Origin: Antedon mediterranea
Lineage: Eukaryota > Animalia > Echinodermata
Assembly (NCBI RefSeq): GCF_964355755.1
Contig: NC_092678.1
Location: forward strand, 18,865,365-18,929,364
Reading direction: 5' to 3'
Length of the DNA: 64,000 bases
The translations under genes were made by a program, and so were the position numbers. A model generated the notes under the pieces. The model saw only the letters and a list, made by a program, of their open reading frames with translations. It was not told the DNA's origin and made no database searches. Below are positions 61,401 to 64,000 of this stretch, in pieces (position 1 is the stretch's first letter; every line of letters starts with the position of its first letter).

Positions 61401-64000
61401 TCACCTGATCCGACAGTCATTATTATTCCAGTTATTCATTTCAGGGTAAGAAAAATTGTTATCATAATATTATTCTTAATTATTAGTATTCATAATAAAG
61501 TACTTTCTCTAAATTGCTTTCAACTAAAGAATATTAATGTTTTCAATTTCGATTAAGGTAAGTAAGTAGTAATACAAATATATTTCATCCCTTATTTATA
61601 TATTAACACTTTAAATAGAAAAAATTCTGTAACTCCAACTAATAAAATCTTGATGAGATCATGTTGATGATCATTACATATTGATATGATAGTTTTAAAC
61701 ATTGATATATGTATTATAAAAAGTGATAATTAAAATTAATCAAATAAACAAATCATGAACCAAACATAAATAACAAATTAGCAATTAACAGAAAACGCCT
61801 GGGAAAAGTTTGACCTAGGAAAAGTTTTAAATATTGAATCATAAGTTTGTTTTATATTATTATAAAACTTATTAGTGGACTCTCTGATTACATATTGAAA
61901 CTTGTTTTTTTTTTCTTTTAATACCAGAAATAACCCTTTCTTCTATCATAATCATTGTTTATGGAATATTCAACATTTTAGGTACTTTTGTTTACATCAT
62001 AACAAATAATTTCAGGTATATCTCAAAAACGATGAAACATTCTTCGAAAAAAACCTGACTGATCTCCACAATTTCGAACAAAATGGCCAGCTTGTTTCGT
62101 TATCCTTTCTTCCTGATAGCGGTGCAGAACACAAATTACTTTCACCGATCACTTGTTTGAGTCAAGATGAACAATCTTGCATAACTCTCACTATAAGGTC
62201 ATTTATATCAGACTGTAAGGATGTATGTATTGATAGATATGCAGAATGGATTCGAGCCAGTGAAGATAAATACAATTGTGAGATGACTTCAATAGATAGT
62301 GTTATTGACGAGTTGTATGGCAAGTGCATCGGTATGTAGGAAATTCAATTAATATTTTGAATTTTGTGTTCTTATATTTTTTTGGAAAATTTGAATCATA
62401 ATTATTAATTTATTACCATTCTGTTATTGTGAAATACAAAGAATTAGTATAGATAATTGTGCTAATAGCAGCACAGCCTAATAAATATTATTAATGCATT
62501 ACTACTACTACTACTGCGTCGAGCTTGCTCGGATTCTTTTAACTACTTCTTTCCAGCCGTCTCTGTTCATCATTGCTCCTGGTAGCTCTTCAATTTTATG
62601 GCCGGAGTCCAAAACTAGTTGGTCAATGAATGATTTTGGGGGCCTGCCTGGTCTTCTTGTCCCATGTGATGGCATCCAGAGCATAAGTTCGCTTATCAGT
62701 TCACTTTTGTTGCGGAAAGAGTGTCCAACAAAGCGGACTCTTCTTTCTTTGATAACATCGGTGATCTTGCGAAGATTCCCATATAGCTGAGCGTTCGAGA
62801 GGTGCTCTTGCCACGAAACGTTAAGAACGGCTCGTAGCATCCTAGTATATGTTCCGTTTAGAGTGTTTTCAAGTTTCTTAGTTAGGGTCCATGTCGATGA
62901 CCCGTAGAGAAGGACAGACTCGACTGTGGTCTTAAAGAAATTTTTCTTCATGTTGTTTGAGATGTTGGACTTCCATATGACAGTAAGGCGTTTGAGAGCT
63001 GACCAGGCTTTGCTGATACGTATATCAACGTCTTTTGCTGTTGAGGCTATGTTGCTGCCAAGATAGGTGAACTGGTCGACTTGATTGAGAGCGTATCCGG
63101 AGCTAGTTTGAATTTGACCTTGACAGTTTACGTTCATACTTTCTGTCTTTTTGGCATTTATGTGGAGGCCGATTGAGGATGCAGCATTTTCAATGGCGTG
63201 TAGGAGGGTTTTTGCTCCAGCGATCGTGTTCGACAACAGGGCTATATCGTCAGCATAATCAGCGTCAGTTACCAATGTCGCAGGGAACCTCTTACTGATT
63301 CTTGGCTTCAATGTTAAGCCGTGTTTGTTGAGTGGATCAATAGCCGAGCGGAGAACATAATCAAGACATATGATGAAGATGTAGGGAGCGAGAGTATCTC
63401 CTTGAAGGACGCCTGCTTTTACCTGAAACGGATCAGTATCACCATCTGGAGAACGAACCAGGGCACTTGAGTTTTTGTACAGCTTCATTATGGCATTGAC
63501 AAATATTATTAATGCATTAGGAATATGTAATAAGTACAAATACTGCATCGTATTTATTAAAATACTATTACATATCATTATCATTTACAATTTAGTTGCA
63601 CCAATTATTACGTCAGTCAGTAGTTCAATGAAAACCAATTCAGAAGAAAGTGTAACATTGTATTGTGTAGCGTCTGGAGTTCCAGCAGCGATTGTTCAAT
63701 GGGGGAAATTCAATGAAGCAGATAAATACGTAGAAGTTACAAAGCCATCTACTAGACAAGCAGTTTACGAACTAATGGATTTTTCTGCAACGTAGGCCTA
63801 ATTTGTTTTTATTATTATCTTGAACATCCTCATTCTTTCTTTGATTCGTCTTTCGATCAGTAGTTTAAGTATATCAATCATGCAATACCAGAAAATATGA
63901 AAACCTAACCAAAAGTTAAAATTGTCTTTTTTTTTCTCGGATCTTATTAAAAAAAAATAAACCTTAAGGTGTGTTTTTGTATTATAGATATGCTTGCCGT
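37355..64000 (+). CDS. Gene 2: large MAM/CUB/LDLa/HYR/EGF/Ig receptor, probable adhesion GPCR paralog, 3' end outside window
   Basis: Exons: 37355-37412, 38860-38985, 39322-39657, 40278-40616, 40746-40868, 41961-42083, 42444-42776, 43449-43784, 43911-44033, 44973-45098, 45525-45857, 47127-47252, 47566-47892, 48485-48820, 48956-49078, 51420-51545, 51937-52269, 55126-55446, 56427-56666, 57189-57343, 57725-57841, 58286-58604, 59335-59478, 60196-60315, 60481-60635, 61329-61445, 62016-62331, 63596-63791, 63988->64000. Phases are compatible. GPCR identity is inferred from exon-by-exon homology to gene 1; the 7TM is not visible in the window. Confidence 0.85.
38860..40868 (+). CDS. Gene 2 module 1: MAM-CUB-LDLa
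   Basis: MAM: CSFDVDFCGW, FCVKFNYY, IVAINNVNISRGSC. CUB: ITSPYYPEN, CEWIV, CCDFV, RGF. LDLa: VCDGTDDCGDFSDE. Confidence 0.9.
39028..39300 (+). mobile_element. 5S rRNA-headed SINE with Deu/Nin-like core (decayed)
   Basis: TTCTCGTCAGATTACCAAAGTTAAGTAACGTTGGGCCCGGTT...ATGGGACACCGTCT resembles animal 5S rRNA. GGATGGGACGTAAAGTCG...GTCCCGTGT...TGCACGTTAA resembles the Deu/Nin core as I recall it. Confidence 0.62.
41961..44033 (+). CDS. Gene 2 module 2: MAM-CUB-LDLa
   Basis: Same four-exon unit as module 1, with conserved splice sites. Confidence 0.9.
44242..44270. mobile_element. 29-bp perfect palindromic insertion with 7-bp TSD
   Basis: AATAGAC|CAGGGAAGAGTTAA-T-TTAACTCTTCCCTG|AATAGAC. Confidence 0.75.
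44340..44622 (+). mobile_element. Internal Helitron fragment
   Basis: Matches 5431-5712 (gatttgccccaaatag...tcgagtacagcatcataatg). Confidence 0.8.
44973..45857 (+). CDS. Gene 2 module 3: MAM only
   Basis: Two MAM exons. No CUB or LDLa exon seen before the next MAM. Confidence 0.88.
47127..49078 (+). CDS. Gene 2 module 4: MAM-CUB-LDLa
   Basis: Same four-exon unit as module 1. Confidence 0.9.
49094..50389 (-). mobile_element. Non-autonomous Helitron, complete copy
   Basis: Has TC and CTAG ends plus the hairpin, inserted between A and T with no TSD. The paralogous intron at 40869-40940 shows the empty site. Confidence 0.9.
51420..55446 (+). CDS. Gene 2 module 5: MAM-CUB
   Basis: MAM exons 51420-51545 and 51937-52269. 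CUB exon 55126-55446 has a 3-codon deletion relative to CUB2 and CUB3. Confidence 0.87.
53170..54640 (-). mobile_element. Degenerate RTE-type LINE
   Basis: NIRYADETALL, LKPNVKKTKLL, VVQFKHFKYLDS, ERKKNRSIL-like and tail motifs spread over broken frames. Boundaries approximate. Confidence 0.75.
55545..55593 (+). pseudogene. Decayed LDLa pseudo-exon remnant
   Basis: aatgttctggat...ctcgtactggtgtttgctt resembles the LDLa exon starts at 40746 and 43911 and sits at the expected position after a CUB exon. The acceptor AG is lost and the exon is truncated. Confidence 0.7.
55596..56155. mobile_element. Possible MITE
   Basis: 12-bp inverted termini ACGTTCCGCAAA / TTTGCGGAATGT (1 mismatch). Higher GC than the flanks; no clear TSD. 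Confidence 0.4.
56427..64000 (+). CDS. Gene 2 exons: HYR, X, EGF-like, LDLa, X, Ig
   Basis: Homologous to gene 1 exons 9666-13872, with the same exon lengths (155/117/319, 144, 196) and shared intron-flank sequence. Confidence 0.88.
62502..63500 (-). mobile_element. Young 5'-truncated RTE-clade LINE
   Basis: Uninterrupted RT C-terminal half (GVLQGDTLAPYIF, DYADDIAL, FTYLGS, VESVLLYG). (TAG)n tail from the stop codon. 19-bp TSD AAATATTATTAATGCATTA at 62483-62501 and 63501-63519. Confidence 0.93.

Noticed and set aside
63501-63584. N-terminal extension of the 357-aa RT ORF
   Set aside because: It lies outside the element as defined by the 19-bp TSD, so it is flanking intron sequence.

Overview
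This is AT-rich, intron-rich animal DNA. A marine deuterostome, probably an echinoderm, is inferred from the HYR/MAM/CUB-rich receptors and the repeat types. The ORF track hides the main content: two tandem, paralogous, multi-exon + strand genes, which I spliced by hand using GT-AG sites and exon phase. Gene 1 (947..28544, 5' part outside the window, 22 exons, ~1577 codons seen) is an adhesion GPCR: Sushi-HYR-EGF-LDLa-X-Ig-Y-Ig-SEA-HRM-GAIN/GPS-7TM. Gene 2 (37355..>64000, 29 exons, ~1980 codons seen) starts with a signal peptide. It continues with 5 MAM, 4 CUB and 3 LDLa modules, then HYR-X-EGF-LDLa-X-Ig, which is homologous exon by exon to gene 1. X (~197 aa, 3 exons, 3 copies) and Y (~208 aa, 1 exon) are extracellular modules I cannot assign to a known family. 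The introns hold an intact, very young BEL/Pao LTR retrotransposon and a non-autonomous Helitron family. They also hold HINE-like elements, a foldback of ~345-bp repeats, Tx1, CR1/L2 and RTE LINE fragments, a 5S-headed SINE, tRNA-like heads and a 29-bp palindromic insertion. All domain and family calls come from motif recognition; no database search was run.
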